From Octopus vulgaris (taxonomy: Eukaryota): a stretch of DNA of 64,000 bases. The notes beneath the pieces were generated by a model that was not told the origin of the DNA, made no database searches, and saw only the letters and a program-made list of their open reading frames with translations. Position numbers and translations under genes: made by a program. Location: NCBI GenBank assembly GCA_951406725.2, contig OX597816.1, positions 15,190,001 through 15,254,000 on the forward strand, read 5' to 3'. Positions 1-13,051 of this stretch are shown here, one piece after another. Every line of letters starts with the position of its first letter. The first letter of the stretch is position 1.

Positions 1-49
1 AAGAAGCCCATTGTATAGATGTGTGTATGTGTTTGTGTGACAGATACTG

Positions 50-294
50 GTGTCACACTAATTGGCACCCATCCTGGTGGCACATAAATGCGGCCTGGTG
101 TCACACAAATGACACCTGTACTGGTGAATTGTAGAAACATCCATTACACTCTCAGAATGGTTGGCATTAGGAAGGGCATTCAGCCATGGAAACCATGCCA
201 AATCAGACTGGAGTCTGGTACAGCCTTCCAGCATGCTGGCCTAGTCAAACCATCCAACCTATAGACAATGGACATTGAATGATGATGATGATGA

Positions 295-298
<4 letters not shown>
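50..298 (+). mobile_element. RTE-tail SINE/3'UTR fragment (family C, ends in (GAT)n)
   Basis: ggttggcattaggaagggcattcagc...catccaacc...ggacattgaatgatgatg. Many related copies: 8022-8327(-), 11503-11677(-), 13146-13450(+), 15815-16060(-), 19410-19858(+), 21480-21665(-), 33625-34312(+), 38282-38460(+), 41390-41545(-), 43935-44207(+), 44530-44757(-), 57900-58050(+). Confidence 0.75.
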
Positions 299-347
<49 letters not shown>

Positions 348-546
348 TGCAGCACGGACTTTGTCAGTGAACAGGTCGCGGATTTTAGCGACGAAAATAT
401 TTTGACAAATTAAACTTAAATGTTGAAGTGAATCGAACGGCTTTTGTGTGTTTCTTAAATGGCTTATAAACACCTTCCATGCTGCAATTGTTTTCGTTTC
501 AGCACACGATCTCAGATCAAATTACTTGCTATCCGAGTACATCTCC

Positions 547-659
<113 letters not shown>

Positions 660-810
660 TGACGTATATTTGCCATCTCAATATGGCTACCCCTAAGGGT
701 GGATGCTACTGTAGTTTTTAGCCCCAGGAGGACACACTCCTCCAGCTGGCCATAGACACACTTTCTGTGTCCTGTCAGTATTTGCAAAGGGAAGTCATCC
801 TTCCCGTCTT

Positions 811-880
811 CAACTTATGATACACACGGACTCGAGTTTCGAGGTATTGACCTCTCGTCAGCGTGTGACAATCATAGTTG
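811..880 (-). ncRNA. Type I hammerhead ribozyme, copy 1
   Basis: Minus strand reads cacacg-CUGACGA-gaggu(caau)accuc-GAAA-cucgag-UC/cgugug. Core is canonical, stem III is the palindrome ACUCGAGU, and stem I extends past an internal loop (uaugau/aucaua). Predicted GUC cleavage between 829 and 828. Confidence 0.9.
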
Positions 881-1162
881 TCGGCGAGAATTAGATCTCC
901 TTCACAAATACTTATACTTTTTCCAGCGTCCACTGTCGCTGATATTGAAAAAGTGAAATCAAACAATGATAAATATCAAAGTGAGTTATATACAGTAGCG
1001 GTAACACATCGTGACGTATATTTGCCATCTCAATATGGCTACCCCTAAGGGTGGATGCTACTGTAGTTTTTAGCCCCAGGAGGACACACTCCTCCAGCTG
1101 GCCATAGACACACTTTCTGTGTCCTGTCAGTATTTGCAAAGGGAAGTCATCCTTCCCGTCTT

Positions 1163-1232
1163 CAACTTATGATACACACGGACTCGAGTTTCGAGGTATT
1201 GACCTCTCGTCAGCGTGTGACAATCATAGTTG
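1163..1232 (-). ncRNA. Type I hammerhead ribozyme, copy 2
   Basis: Identical motif 352 bp from copy 1; predicted cleavage between 1181 and 1180. Confidence 0.9.
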
Positions 1233-1710
1233 TCGGCAAGAATTAGATCTCCTTCACAAATACTTATACTTTTTCCAGCGTCCACTGTCGCTGATATTGA
1301 AAAAGTGAAATCAAACAATGATAAATATCAAAGTGAGTTATATACAGTAGCGGTAACACATCGTGACGTATATTTGCCATCTCAATATGGCTACCCCTAA
1401 GGGTGGATGCTACTGTAGTTTTTAGCCCCAGGAGGACACACTCCTCCAGCTGGCCATAGACACACTTTCTGTGTCCTGTCGGTATTTGCAAAGGGAAGTC
1501 ATCCTATATATATATAAAAAGTGGCACCCCATCAGTTATGACACCAAGTGGCACTCCCAAGGCTTAGGGTTGTCCTGAGGCTATTGTAAGTGGAAGACAG
1601 AAGCAAACTTCCTACCACACATCCATGCCCCTGTGCCTGTATTGTGTTATTTAAATTTTAAAACTTGCTGCTCTGCTACCACCAATTGTCTATGATACCC
1701 TGGCTGGAAA

Positions 1711-1711
1711 C

Positions 1712-1765
<54 letters not shown>

Positions 1766-1887
1766 TTGCTGCTGCTGCTGAACCTGCTGTTACTGTTGAT
1801 CCTGCTGCTGCACCTCCTCCTCCTCCTCTACTACCATCACCACCACCAAACCCCTCCTCCTCCTCCTGTTGCTGCCACTGCTGCTGT

Positions 1888-1943
<56 letters not shown>

Positions 1944-2177
1944 TTCCCTCCCTGTGGGCTCTGTCATCCCACCGCCACCCTCCTCCTCCTCCTCTTCCTC
2001 CTCCCCCTACTGTTGCTGTTGCTACTGCGACTGCTGCTGTTGCTGCTCCCTCTATCAGCACTGTTACCACCACCACCACCACCAACACCAACACCACTAC
2101 CACCACCCCTCCTGCTGCTGCTACTACAGCTGCTACTGCTTCTACTGCTGCTGCTGCTGCTGCTGCTGCTACTACTA

Positions 2178-2215
<38 letters not shown>

Positions 2216-2261
2216 ACTACTACTACTACTACTACTGCTACTGCTGCTGCTGCTGCTGCTG

Positions 2262-2320
<59 letters not shown>

Positions 2321-2321
2321 G

Positions 2322-2394
<73 letters not shown>

Positions 2395-2627
2395 TACTAC
2401 TGCTTCTACTGCTACTGCTGCTGCTACTACTACTGCTACTACTACTACTGCTGCTGCTGCTGCCCCTGCTGCTCCCTCAATCAGCACTGTCACCACGACC
2501 ACCACCACGACAACCACCACCACCACGACCAATACCACCACTACTATTACTACTAACACAACTACCACTACCACCACCACTACCATCACCACCACCACCA
2601 TCAATACCACCACCACCACCACCACCA
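1711..2627. repeat. Compound trinucleotide microsatellite (CTG/CTA/CCT/CAC)n
   Basis: Continuous mixed triplet runs; the ORFs in all frames are homopolymeric. Confidence 0.95.
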
Positions 2628-3412
2628 GTAAATTAGTAAATAAGATATCTATATAATGAACACTGAACCAAATCCGGTGATACTAGAAACAAATGTTAAA
2701 AAAAACCAAATTCAAAAAAAAATTGAACCAAATACGTAAAAACGAAAAAAAAAAAGGAAATAATCAAATGAAAAATCGATATCAATTAACAAACAAATAA
2801 ATGAATTGATGAGGGAGCTTCTAGGTCATTGGTAGACCTGCTAGAAATAGTAGCTAAACATCCCTGAAATCAAATGGTAGTATTTTTTATCTTTTCTTCG
2901 TTCCAGTCATTAGACTGTGGCCATGCTGGGGCACCACTTTGAAGGTATTAGTTGAGCAAATCAAGCTCAGTAGTTATCTTCTAGTTTTTGCTTGTTTCAG
3001 TCATTAGACTGTGGCCAAGCTGGAGCACTGCTTTGAAGAATTTTTAGTCGAATGAATTGACGCCCAGTATTTATTATTGTGTTTTTGGAAAACCTGGTTC
3101 TTATTTTATCGGTCTCTTTTTGTCAAACTGCTAAGTTACAAGGACAAAGACACCATAATTAGTTGGCTGTCAAATGGCTGTAGAGGATGAACATAGACCA
3201 CAGACACAAAGACATACACGTATAAATATATAAGATGCCCCTCCTGTTATCAACCCTCACCTGTTTCCAAGCAAGGCATTGCTACAGCATGGCCAGACAT
3301 GATTTCAATGGAAGATTGGAAATGGGCGGCACCACTTGTGTGATCGTAACAGTTATTTTATTACTATGATGCAATGCCAAGCCATGGAGACAGAAACACA
3401 CACATATATATG

Positions 3413-3796
3413 TATTACTCTTTACTCTTATACCTGTTTCAGTCATTTGACTTCGGCCATGCTGGAGCACTGCCTTTAGTCGAGCAAATCGACCCCAGGA
3501 CTTATTCTATCAGTCTCTTTTGCCAAACCGCTTAGTTACGGGGATGTAAACACACCAGCATCGGTTGTCAAGCAATGCTAAGGGGACAAACACACAAACA
3601 TATACACACACATACATATATATATATATATACATATATACGACAGGCTTCTTTCAGTTTCCGTCAACCAAATCCACTCACAAGGCATTGGTCGGCCCGA
3701 GGCTATAGCAGAAGACACTTGCTCAAGATGTCACACAGTGGGACTGAACCCGGAACCATGTGGTTGGTAAGCAAGCTACTTACCACACAGCCACTC

Positions 3797-3800
<4 letters not shown>
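3413..3800 (-). mobile_element. tRNA-derived SINE family A
   Basis: Reverse complement of ggagtggctgtgtggtaag...gggttcagtccc (A/B boxes)...gtgctccagcatggcc...gtaaaagag. Partial copies are adjacent at 2885-3240 and 3840-4150. Confidence 0.85.
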
Positions 3801-3833
<33 letters not shown>

Positions 3834-3941
3834 TATACTTTTATTCTTTCAGTGTCTTTTGCTGAACTGGTAAGTTACAGGGACATAAACACACCAACAT
3901 GGGTTTTTAAGCAATGGTGGGGGGACAAACGCAGACTCACA

Positions 3942-3988
<47 letters not shown>

Positions 3989-4567
3989 ATATATATATAT
4001 ATAATGTGTACGTATAATATATTTGTGTGTATATATGTTTCTGTACAAACACACACACACACAACAGGCACAGTTTTTCAGTCTGCCAAATTCGCTCACA
4101 AGCCTTTTGTTGGCCCAGAGCTTTAATAGAAGATACTTGCCCAAGGTGCCTCATGCTGGCATGGATGGTTCAAATTTATTTAATACATTTCTAATATCAT
4201 GAAATACAAGATTGTCACAATTGGAATGTTTATGATCATAAGTCTGCTCGAATGGGATTGGCCTAGGGCTAAACAACTACTACAAGCAGTAAATAAAATA
4301 AAGTTAATTAGTTTACAGTGTGAGTTTTTCTAAAAGTAAATAAATAAATAAATAAATAAAATGCAAACTGTGTTTATAAAAACACTAATGACAAAAATAT
4401 ATAAACTTGTTAGTGATGAAGGTAAAAAAAAATCTCAAAGTTTGTGTAATTTCAAATGTAACGATGTTTGATTTTTACACTTCGTTAATGAAATAAAGAA
4501 AAATATTGAAAACAAACCAAAACAAAATAATACAAAACAAACGATCTGAAGCTAAGTTTTTTTTTTT

Positions 4568-5315
4568 TTGCTGCTGCTGCTGCTGATGGTGCTGATGATG
4601 ATGATGACTGTGATGATGATGAAAATGATGGTGATGGTTATGAGGACTATTCTGATGTTGTTGTTGATGATGATAATGATGATGATGATGATGATGATGA
4701 CGACGACGATAATGATGATGATGATGAGGAGGAGGAGGAAGTGGATGAAAATGATGATGAGAACAATGATTGTTATGGGGATTATACTGCTGATGACAAC
4801 AATGACAAAGACTACGATGACGATGACGATGATGATGATGAGGAGGAGGAGGATGATGAGGAGGAGGTGGAGTGTGTTTACTATAGCAATCCTCATCATT
4901 GTTTTAACGTCCATTTTCCTTGCTTGGTATGGAACAAGGTTTACTAAAACGATGTCAGTCATGATGATGATGATGATGATGATGACAATGACGACGATTA
5001 CAACAATGATGATGACAGTGATGATTATAATGTGATCATGATGATGATGATGATGCTGTTGTGGTGGTGAAGAAGATGATAATGATGATGATGATGATGG
5101 CAATGATGATGAAGATCAAAATAATGATGGTGACAATAATGAAAATGAAAATGATGATGACGATGACGATGACGACGATGATGATGATGAGGAGGAGGAT
5201 GATAAAAATGATGATGAAGATGAAAATTATGATGGTGATGATGAAGAGGAAAATTATGATGGTGATGATGATAAAGACGATGAAAGAGATGATGGTGATG
5301 ATGATGATGAAGGTG
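4568..5315. repeat. Degenerate (GAT)n/(GAC)n microsatellite field
   Basis: Direct inspection. Confidence 0.95.
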
Positions 5316-5884
5316 CTACTGCCCCTCCCCTCAACCTACATCCGCCACCAAGTCTTTTACAGAGTGCTGCCACTTTGCTGTTTTTTCTCCCCCACTTCAA
5401 GAAGAATGGATTCCAAAGTATTTTTGTTCAATTAATGCAAAATTTTAAGAATATTATTATCTAAGGTTTAGAAAATAATATTCTAGGTTAATGTATTGCA
5501 AAAAAAAAAGAAAAAATATGCGATAAAAAAAAATCAAAAAAAAAAGGAAAATTGTTCAGATTCTGAGATAGTCTTAGATTTTTCTGATACTTGCTGGTTA
5601 TGCAACATTAACTAGTAGAGGAGGAGGAAGAGGAAGGGGAGGGGTGGAGAAAAGGGTTAGGGTGGTATTAAATTATTGATTTCTTTTGACTAAATGCAAC
5701 ACCAATTGTGTTTCAAGAGTTTCAGTATTGTCAATTTAATTAACCCTTTGTATAACGAAATGGCAGGGGGGGGACCCCTCCAAATCCTTCTGCATTCTTT
5801 TGTGAGCTTAGGGTACTCACGCCTCATGAGTCACGTTTTGCAAGTTCATCGAGGAGGCTTGATGGGCAGTCTTTTTCTTTTTCA

Positions 5885-5941
5885 CCATCATCATCCTCAT
5901 CATCATCATCACCACTATCCTCCTCCTCCTCCTCCTCCTCC

Positions 5942-5983
<42 letters not shown>

Positions 5984-6121
5984 CCACCACCACCATCATC
6001 ATCCTCAATCCTCCTCTTCCTCCTCCTCCTCCTCCTCATAATCATCACCACCATCATCATCATTATCCTCAATCCTCCTCCTCTTTCTCCTCCTCCTCCT
6101 CCTCCTCCTCCTCATCATCAT
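5885..6121. repeat. (CAT)n/(CCT)n microsatellite
   Basis: Direct inspection. Confidence 0.9.
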
Positions 6122-6276
6122 GTAACTTAGGGCTTTGGCAAAAGAGACTGATAAAATAAGTACTAGAGTTGCAAAGAATAAGTCCTTGGGTCAATTAGTT
6201 TGACTAAAGGTGGTGTTCCAGCATGGCCACAGTCAAATGACTGAAACAAGCTAATGAATATATATATATATATATG

Positions 6277-6467
6277 GAGAATTGACAAAAAAAACAAAAG
6301 ACGAAGACTGGTGGTGTAGACAACAAACAGATGTATTAGTATAACGCTCGGGAATTGAAAAAGTCTTTAACGTTTCGAGCCTACGCTCTTCTACAGAAAG
6401 GAACACAGAAAGAAACAAGGAGAGAAAATATAGAATGTTGTAGTGGCTAGCGATCTATCATGGCAAA
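6277..6467 (-). mobile_element. ~190-bp non-autonomous element in (TA)n with minimal hammerhead-like motif (6365-6400)
   Basis: Minus strand reads cuuu-CUGUAGAA-gagc(guag)gcuc-GAAACGUU-aaag. Homologues at about 9262-9460(+) and 19201-19388(+), and a fragment at 20460-20510. Confidence 0.65.
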
Positions 6468-6559
6468 TATATATATATATATATATATATTTATTTATTT
6501 ATATATAACCAGAAATAGCTGGAAATAGGTGGTGGTGTTGGTGGCGGTGAAGATAATGT

Positions 6560-6592
<33 letters not shown>

Positions 6593-7052
6593 CGATGATG
6601 ACGATGATGACGACAACTAATATTTGCAACCTCACAAGAGCAGTGAAGTTTTGACAGAAACAGAAAAGCATTGAAAACCAGATGCTTTTTTTCAAGACAT
6701 CTGAAAATATTTTCTGAAATTCTCAAATCTGAAAACTTCCTGAACTTGAAATATTTTCAAATGAAAGAAATGCCACAAATAGAATACAAAGAATGGTTTA
6801 CTAACAAAGGAAAAAAAAAAAAGAAAAAAGCCGGATGTTGTGGGTGAGCATAAAACGTAGAAAGCAAATGTGATGTGTAGCTGATAGATGTGGTTGACAA
6901 GATAAGTGGAAGTGTTAAAGATGGATTTGATGTGATGAAAAACAAGACATTCCCAGAGAGGAACCGTTGCTAAATATAGAGCAAAACTGAAGCAGCGCCA
7001 TATTTATATAGAACTACTTTCACAGAGAACACTTGCACACGTATTCATTCAT

Positions 7053-7358
7053 ATGTGTGTGTGTGTGTGTGTGTGTTGTGTGTGTGTGTGTGCAAGTGTG
7101 TGTATGTATATGTATGTGTGTGCAAGTGTGTGTATGTATGTGTGTGTGTGCAAGTGTGTATGTATGTGTGTGTGTGTGTTGCATGTGTGTTGTGTGTGTG
7201 TGTGTGTTGCATGTGTGTTGTGTGTGTGTGTGTGTTGCATGTGTGTTGTGTGTGTGTGTGTGTGTGTAAGTGTGTATATGTGTGTGTGTGTGTGCATGCA
7301 AAGTGTGTATGTGTGTGTGTATGTGTGTGTGTGCATGTGCATGTGTGCATGTGTATAT
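7053..7358. repeat. (GT)n-based compound microsatellite
   Basis: Direct inspection. Confidence 0.95.
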
Positions 7359-7361
7359 ATA

Positions 7362-8745
7362 CAGGATGCGAGGGGTATTGAGGACAGTTTTGGTATACAA
7401 TAAAACAACACTATTTCAAGAGAAATAAATATTTATTTGAATAAACATTGGTGCAGTTAGTCTTGTTAATGATTTTTTAAGCGAATTATTCTACGAAGCT
7501 GCCTTCGGCTTCGATGATTGCTTCAATGTGGGACCGAAACTGACATGCTGACACTATATGGTCCTTATTCATTTTGTACATTACCTGGACAATGGCAGCC
7601 TTCACTGAAGATTTGGCATTATGAGGATGATGATTATTTCCCCCTTTTAACAGCACTACACACATAATAGTCCATGGGGTTCAAATCTGGCAAGTTTGGA
7701 GGCCACATATTCGGTGTTACATAATCGTAAAGATTGTCTGACAACCATTCTTGGGTGACTGGGGCTTTGTGAGAAGGTGCTGAATCTTGTTGAAACACGT
7801 ATGGCCTTCCATTTCATACTTCATCAATCTAGGGCTTGATAACAGTTTCCAGGACCTCAATGTATCCAGCTGCATTAATTCTAAGACCCTGTAGAAAAAA
7901 GTGGGGATGCATCACATGATCTTCACTACTCAATACTCCTAAAACCATCACAGTTGCTGAAAATTTCGTGTGCATCACTCTGGGTACTTCAGAAGGATCT
8001 GCACATGACCACCTGTCACCTCATCATCATCATCTTCGTTTAACATCCGCTTTCCATGCTAGCATGGGTTGGACGATTTGACTGAGGTCTGGTGAACCAG
8101 ATGGCTGCACCAGGCTCCAATCTTGATCTGGCAGAGTTTCTACAGCTGGATGCCCTTCCTAACGCCAACCGAGAGTGTAGTAGGTGCTTTTACATGCCAC
8201 CGGCATGGGGGCCAGTCAGGCGGCACTGGCAATGACCTCGCTCAAATGTTTTTTCACGTGACACCAGCACAAGTGCTAGTAAGGCGATGCTGGTAACGAT
8301 CACGCTCAAATGGTGCTTTTTACATGACAGCTGCTACACTAGTCATTGGGTATGACTCCTTCATGCATCACCTGGTTAACTATACAGGTGACTAGGCTAT
8401 AGCCGACACTGCCAGATATTTGTTAGCTTTTTTATCCTGGTCAAAGTTTCTTTCATCAGAGAAAAACCAAAGCATGCTTCATTCATGAGGGATTTCCACT
8501 TTGTTAAGTAACCATTTTGAACAGATGAGATGGTTTGCCTGTGTCCTTGCAGACATGAATTGGCTTTTCCTCATTACATAGGAATTGTATCAAATATCGT
8601 GAGGTACCACAGTTCTGATAGTCCACTCTGACACCTGAATTTCTTTAGCAATGGACCTCATTGATCTTCTGAGGTTTTCATTGATAATGTTTTGCACATG
8701 TGGTATAAATTCTGGTGTCCTTTTAGTGTCTGAGCATTGCACTGC
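7362..8745 (-). mobile_element. Decayed DD37D (maT-like) Tc1/mariner transposon, interrupted by a SINE
   Basis: TA+caggatg terminus at about 7360. Minus-strand translation gives WPPNLPDLNPMDYY and a WFFSDE-like motif. Homologous to 13680-14404 and 62886-64000. Confidence 0.8.
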
Positions 8746-9261
8746 AGAGCACCTTGGTCATGTATCTTCTATTACAGCCTCAGGCTGAGGAAAGCATGGT
8801 GAGTGGATTTGATACAAGGAAACTGAAAGAAGCCTGTCATATATGTGTATTTTTGTGTTTATCCCCTACCACCGCTTGGCAACTGGTGAGAGCATCTTTA
8901 TGTCCTCATATATATATATATATGACGGGCTTCTTTCAGTTTCTGTCTACCAAATCCACTCATAAGGCTTTGGTCGGCCTGAGGCCACAGTAGAAGACAC
9001 TTGCCCAAGGTGCCAAGCAGTGGGACTGAACCTGGAACCATGTGGTTGGTAAGCAAGCTACTTACCACACAGCTACACATATATATAAATAGTAACTCAG
9101 ATTAGCTGATGTTTACTACATCTGTTTCAGACTTGTTTTTATTGATGAACAAATTAATTACATCATGTACAAAAAGAAAATATTTTCTTCAGGTGAGTAA
9201 AGGTTAACATTTTGGATTTTTTACACAAATAGTATATAATGCATATTGATACTCTCATCTT

Positions 9262-9460
9262 GGTTCCAGCTGATAGATATATATTTTTTATTCTCTCTCT
9301 TTTTTTATACTCTCTCTGTTTTTTCCTCGTGTTCCTTTTTAATTAAAGAGTGTAGGCTTGAAACGTAAAAGACTTTCACACTTTCCCGAGCGTCAAACTA
9401 ATACACCTGCATGTTGTTTATATACCTGTCTTTGTCTTTTATTTTTCTGTAATTTCAACT
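9262..9460 (+). mobile_element. Degenerate copy of the 190-bp hammerhead-like element
   Basis: gagtgtaggcttgaaacgtaaaagactttc...aaactaatacacctg matches 19201-19388. Confidence 0.6.
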
Positions 9461-9475
9461 ATATATATATATATG

Positions 9476-9506
<31 letters not shown>

Positions 9507-9799
9507 TATATATAAAGAGAAAGAGAGTGAGAGAGAGAGACTGAAAGTGGGCAAGAGAGAGAGAGATTTATACACATACACACACACATTTATATGCAGG
9601 GCTTCTTTCAGTTTCCATCTATCAAATCCACTTGCAAGGCTTTGGTCAGCCTGGAGTTGTAGTAGAAGATACTTTCCCAAGGTGCTCCACAGAGGGCCTG
9701 GAACCTGAAACTACATGGCCGGGAAGCAAACATTTTAACCACACAGCCTCTGCTGATCTGGAATGTATATACATATATTTATTTACTTATTATTCATCC

Positions 9800-10130
9800 A
9801 GATGATTGGTGGGGGTGGGTGGCGTAGCGGCAACATAGGAAATGTTGAGATGCTAAGAAAATCCTGCTGTAGTTGTATTTTGGTTTAAGATTGATTAGGA
9901 TGTTGCGGATAGGTGAATGATGTAAATGGAATCGGTAGATTCTGGGAGGCAAAGGCCATAGAAGCGAGGTTAGAAGAGGCAAAGCTACGATACATACAGC
10001 CATAGCATTGAGCCAAGGATTGGAAGTTATCAGCAAGAGGAAGTTTATTGATCTGCCAGATAGCTTTTGTCTGGATTCAGTCAAGAATAACCGAAGAGGA
10101 AGTACTAACCAAGATATTGCAGGAACTATA
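9800..10130 (-). mobile_element. Highly decayed LINE RT C-terminal fragment
   Basis: Frameshifted FYGLCLPES-type residues resemble the ends of CR1/Jockey-group ORF2; weak. Confidence 0.3.
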
Positions 10131-10538
10131 TTCCCTCATAGAATTAAACAGAAAAACTGATCAATAGAAATAGAAAAAATCAATACAAAATAAGAAAAAG
10201 AAAGAAAGAAAAACATCAATAGAAATAGATTTAGAGAAACAGATCAATAGAATTAGATTAATAAAAATAGATTAGAAATTGGTCGATATAAACAGTTTAA
10301 TAAAAATAGATTATTAGAAATAGATTACTAGAAAAGTGTCTGAGAAATTTATCCATTACTATTTGTGTTATTTGGTGTTTATACAAGTTGAGAGAATTTG
10401 ATAGAAAATGTAGAATGTTAGACTACAAGCTATAGAGTGGTTAGTCTCTCACCTTGTTCTGATCTAAGTTCAAATTCAGCCAAGGGTGGCTGTGATTTTC
10501 ATCTCTCCTCTTTCTTCTTTCAGGTATCAGTTCTTCAT

Positions 10539-10957
10539 AGGCGGCAAGCTGGTAGAATCGTTAGCACGCCGGGCGAAATGCTTAGCGGTATTTCATCTGC
10601 CGTTACATTCTGAGTTCAAATTCCGCCGAGATTGACTTTGCCTTTCATCCTTTTGGGGTCAATAAATTAAGTACCAGTTACGCACTGGAGTCGATATAAT
10701 CGACTTAATCCGTTTGTCTGTCCTTGTTTGTCCCCTCTGTGTTTAGCCCCTTGTGGGTAGTAAAGAAATAGGTATTTCGTCTGCTGCTACGTTCTGAGTT
10801 CAAATTCCGCCGAGGTTGAATTTGCCTTTCATCCTTTCAGGGCTGATTAAATAAGTACCAGTTACGCACTGAGGTCGATATAATTGACATAATCCGTTTG
10901 TCTGTCCTTGTTTATCCTCTCTGTGTTTAGCCCCTCATGGGTAGTAAAGAAATAGGT
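10539..10957 (+). mobile_element. tRNA-derived SINE family B, internal dimer (~184-bp period)
   Basis: ggcggcaagctggtagaatcgttag head, B-box gagttcaaattcc, central gcctttcatcctttcggggtcgataaa domain (Meta/Sauria-SINE-like). Other copies: 16160-16562(-), 23470-23850, 27053-27265, 31100-31270(-), 43415-43637(-), 45271-45667, 53917-54143, 59305-59490(-), 60933-61145. Confidence 0.85.
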
Positions 10958-11091
10958 ATCAGTTCTTGATAGAGCTGTAAGGGTGCTGTCATGATATAAA
11001 GTGCTCTTGGATATCTAAATCTAGCAGAGCCCATTCTGCATCCAGTCTGGCCAAGACAGGTGTCTTCAAGAGGAAGAGAGAGAGAGAGAGA

Positions 11092-11140
<49 letters not shown>

Positions 11141-11349
11141 TGAGTAAAAAGCATAGAGAAAGAGAGAGAGATAGAGAACGGCAGATAAATTTTAAAGCAT
11201 ACTTCAAGGCATTTCCATTGATTCTCTGACATTCCCAATGGTCCATTCCACCTCTGTAGATGGGTATTCATTTATTGACTTTAAAAGGATCAAATACAAA
11301 ATTGACACCATCTGGACTAAAACTTAGAATGCAAAGAAGCGGAATAAAG

Positions 11350-11434
11350 TACCATTTGATATATTGTATGGTGCTTCAATAACTCCATTGAAACAATGGA
11401 GTTATTGGAGCACCATACAATATATCAAATGGTA
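11350..11434. repeat. 41-bp-arm near-perfect inverted repeat (3-nt loop)
   Basis: taccatttgatatattgtatggtgcttcaataactccattg-aaa-reverse complement; 40/41 matches. Confidence 0.95.
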
Positions 11435-11501
11435 GTGTTTTATCTGATAAAAATGGACTTGCATTGAGGTAAATGAAGCCATCAGTTGTCCAATTTTTTC
11501 C

Positions 11502-11533
<32 letters not shown>

Positions 11534-11689
11534 TTAACGTCTGCTTTCCAAGCTAGCATGGGTTGGACGATTTGACTGAGGACTGGCGAACCAGGAGGCT
11601 GCCCCAGGCTCCAGTCTGATCTGGCAGAGTTTCTACAGCTGGATGCCCTTCCTAACGCCAACCACTCTGAGAGTGTAAAACTGGTATTT

Positions 11690-12205
<516 letters not shown>

Positions 12206-12880
12206 ATGTTTGAAATAGGTAATACCAACCAAAATCTTATAAAAGGTGCCAACAGGATATATGTAGCAGCACAAAAGTACCGAAATGATTTTATTGACTG
12301 CATCTGTTTCCCGAAAATATCTTCTCTTATTATCCGAGTTAGAAATACATTATTTGAATAGAAAGTAGTTAAGTTACAGACATAGAAGAACATAGGATTA
12401 AATTGCCTGTGGTAATACTTTGTGTGCAAGTTCACTGGTGGATAGAGAGGAAGAATGATAATAAAGAATTGTGAACATGATTTTCAAAACATTTTGATAC
12501 AAAGAACTACTAAAATCCATGTTGCTTTGCATAAACACAAATCCATAAACAACTGTTAGCTTCATGTATGATAGACTTTTACCTTTTGGATAATACTTTG
12601 TAGTTTTGAGTTCCATTGTTCTGCTTTCGGAGTTTTGTTGTTGTGAAAGGCTAAAAAGAGAATTTCAGTGATTGTATTATTTTATTAAGGATAGACAAGA
12701 ACGGGAAATAGAAAAGAAATGAGGAAAATATGTTTGTTCAAGAGGGCAGCAACAACACCGGTTGTTGTCCTCTTGTACACTTGCAATACTTGGAAACTTA
12801 GAAGAGTGGGAATGGGTTCAATTCCTTTCAGAATTAATGATTCAAGACAATCTCAGAAGAGGATGTGATATGGTATATAT

Positions 12881-13051
12881 ATATATAAATTAGAGAAAAA
12901 CTACTGTTATGCAATTCAAACAATGATAGACATAAACCAAATCATAGATAAAAAATAAAATATATTTTAAAACATATAACTAGATTTATGATTTGGTTTA
13001 TGTCTATTATTGTTTGAATTGCATAATAGTGGTTTTTCTCTAATTTATATA
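12881..13051. repeat. ~66-bp-arm inverted repeat in (TA)n context
   Basis: aattagagaaaaactactgttatgcaattcaaacaatgatagacataaaccaaatcata and its reverse complement. Related sequence at 13100-13130, 13451-13490 and 32899-33005. Confidence 0.85.

Noticed and set aside
775-1491. Repeated 63- and 75-aa ORFs in the 352-bp unit
   Set aside because: Non-ATG starts, no recognisable motif, and not maintained in the diverged 353-bp relative, whereas the RNA structure is.
1712-2656. 314-aa Thr/Ala/Pro-rich (mucin-like) ORF and overlapping ORFs
   Set aside because: Pure triplet microsatellite that is open in several frames on both strands; no domain and no ATG start.
4552-5435. CTGATGA words and Met/Asp-rich ORFs in the (GAT)n field
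   Set aside because: Generated by the microsatellite; no stems or GAAA partner.
5821-5850. PDZ-domain assignment for NLQNVTHEA
   Set aside because: A nine-residue resemblance only; the upstream residues do not fit a PDZ fold.
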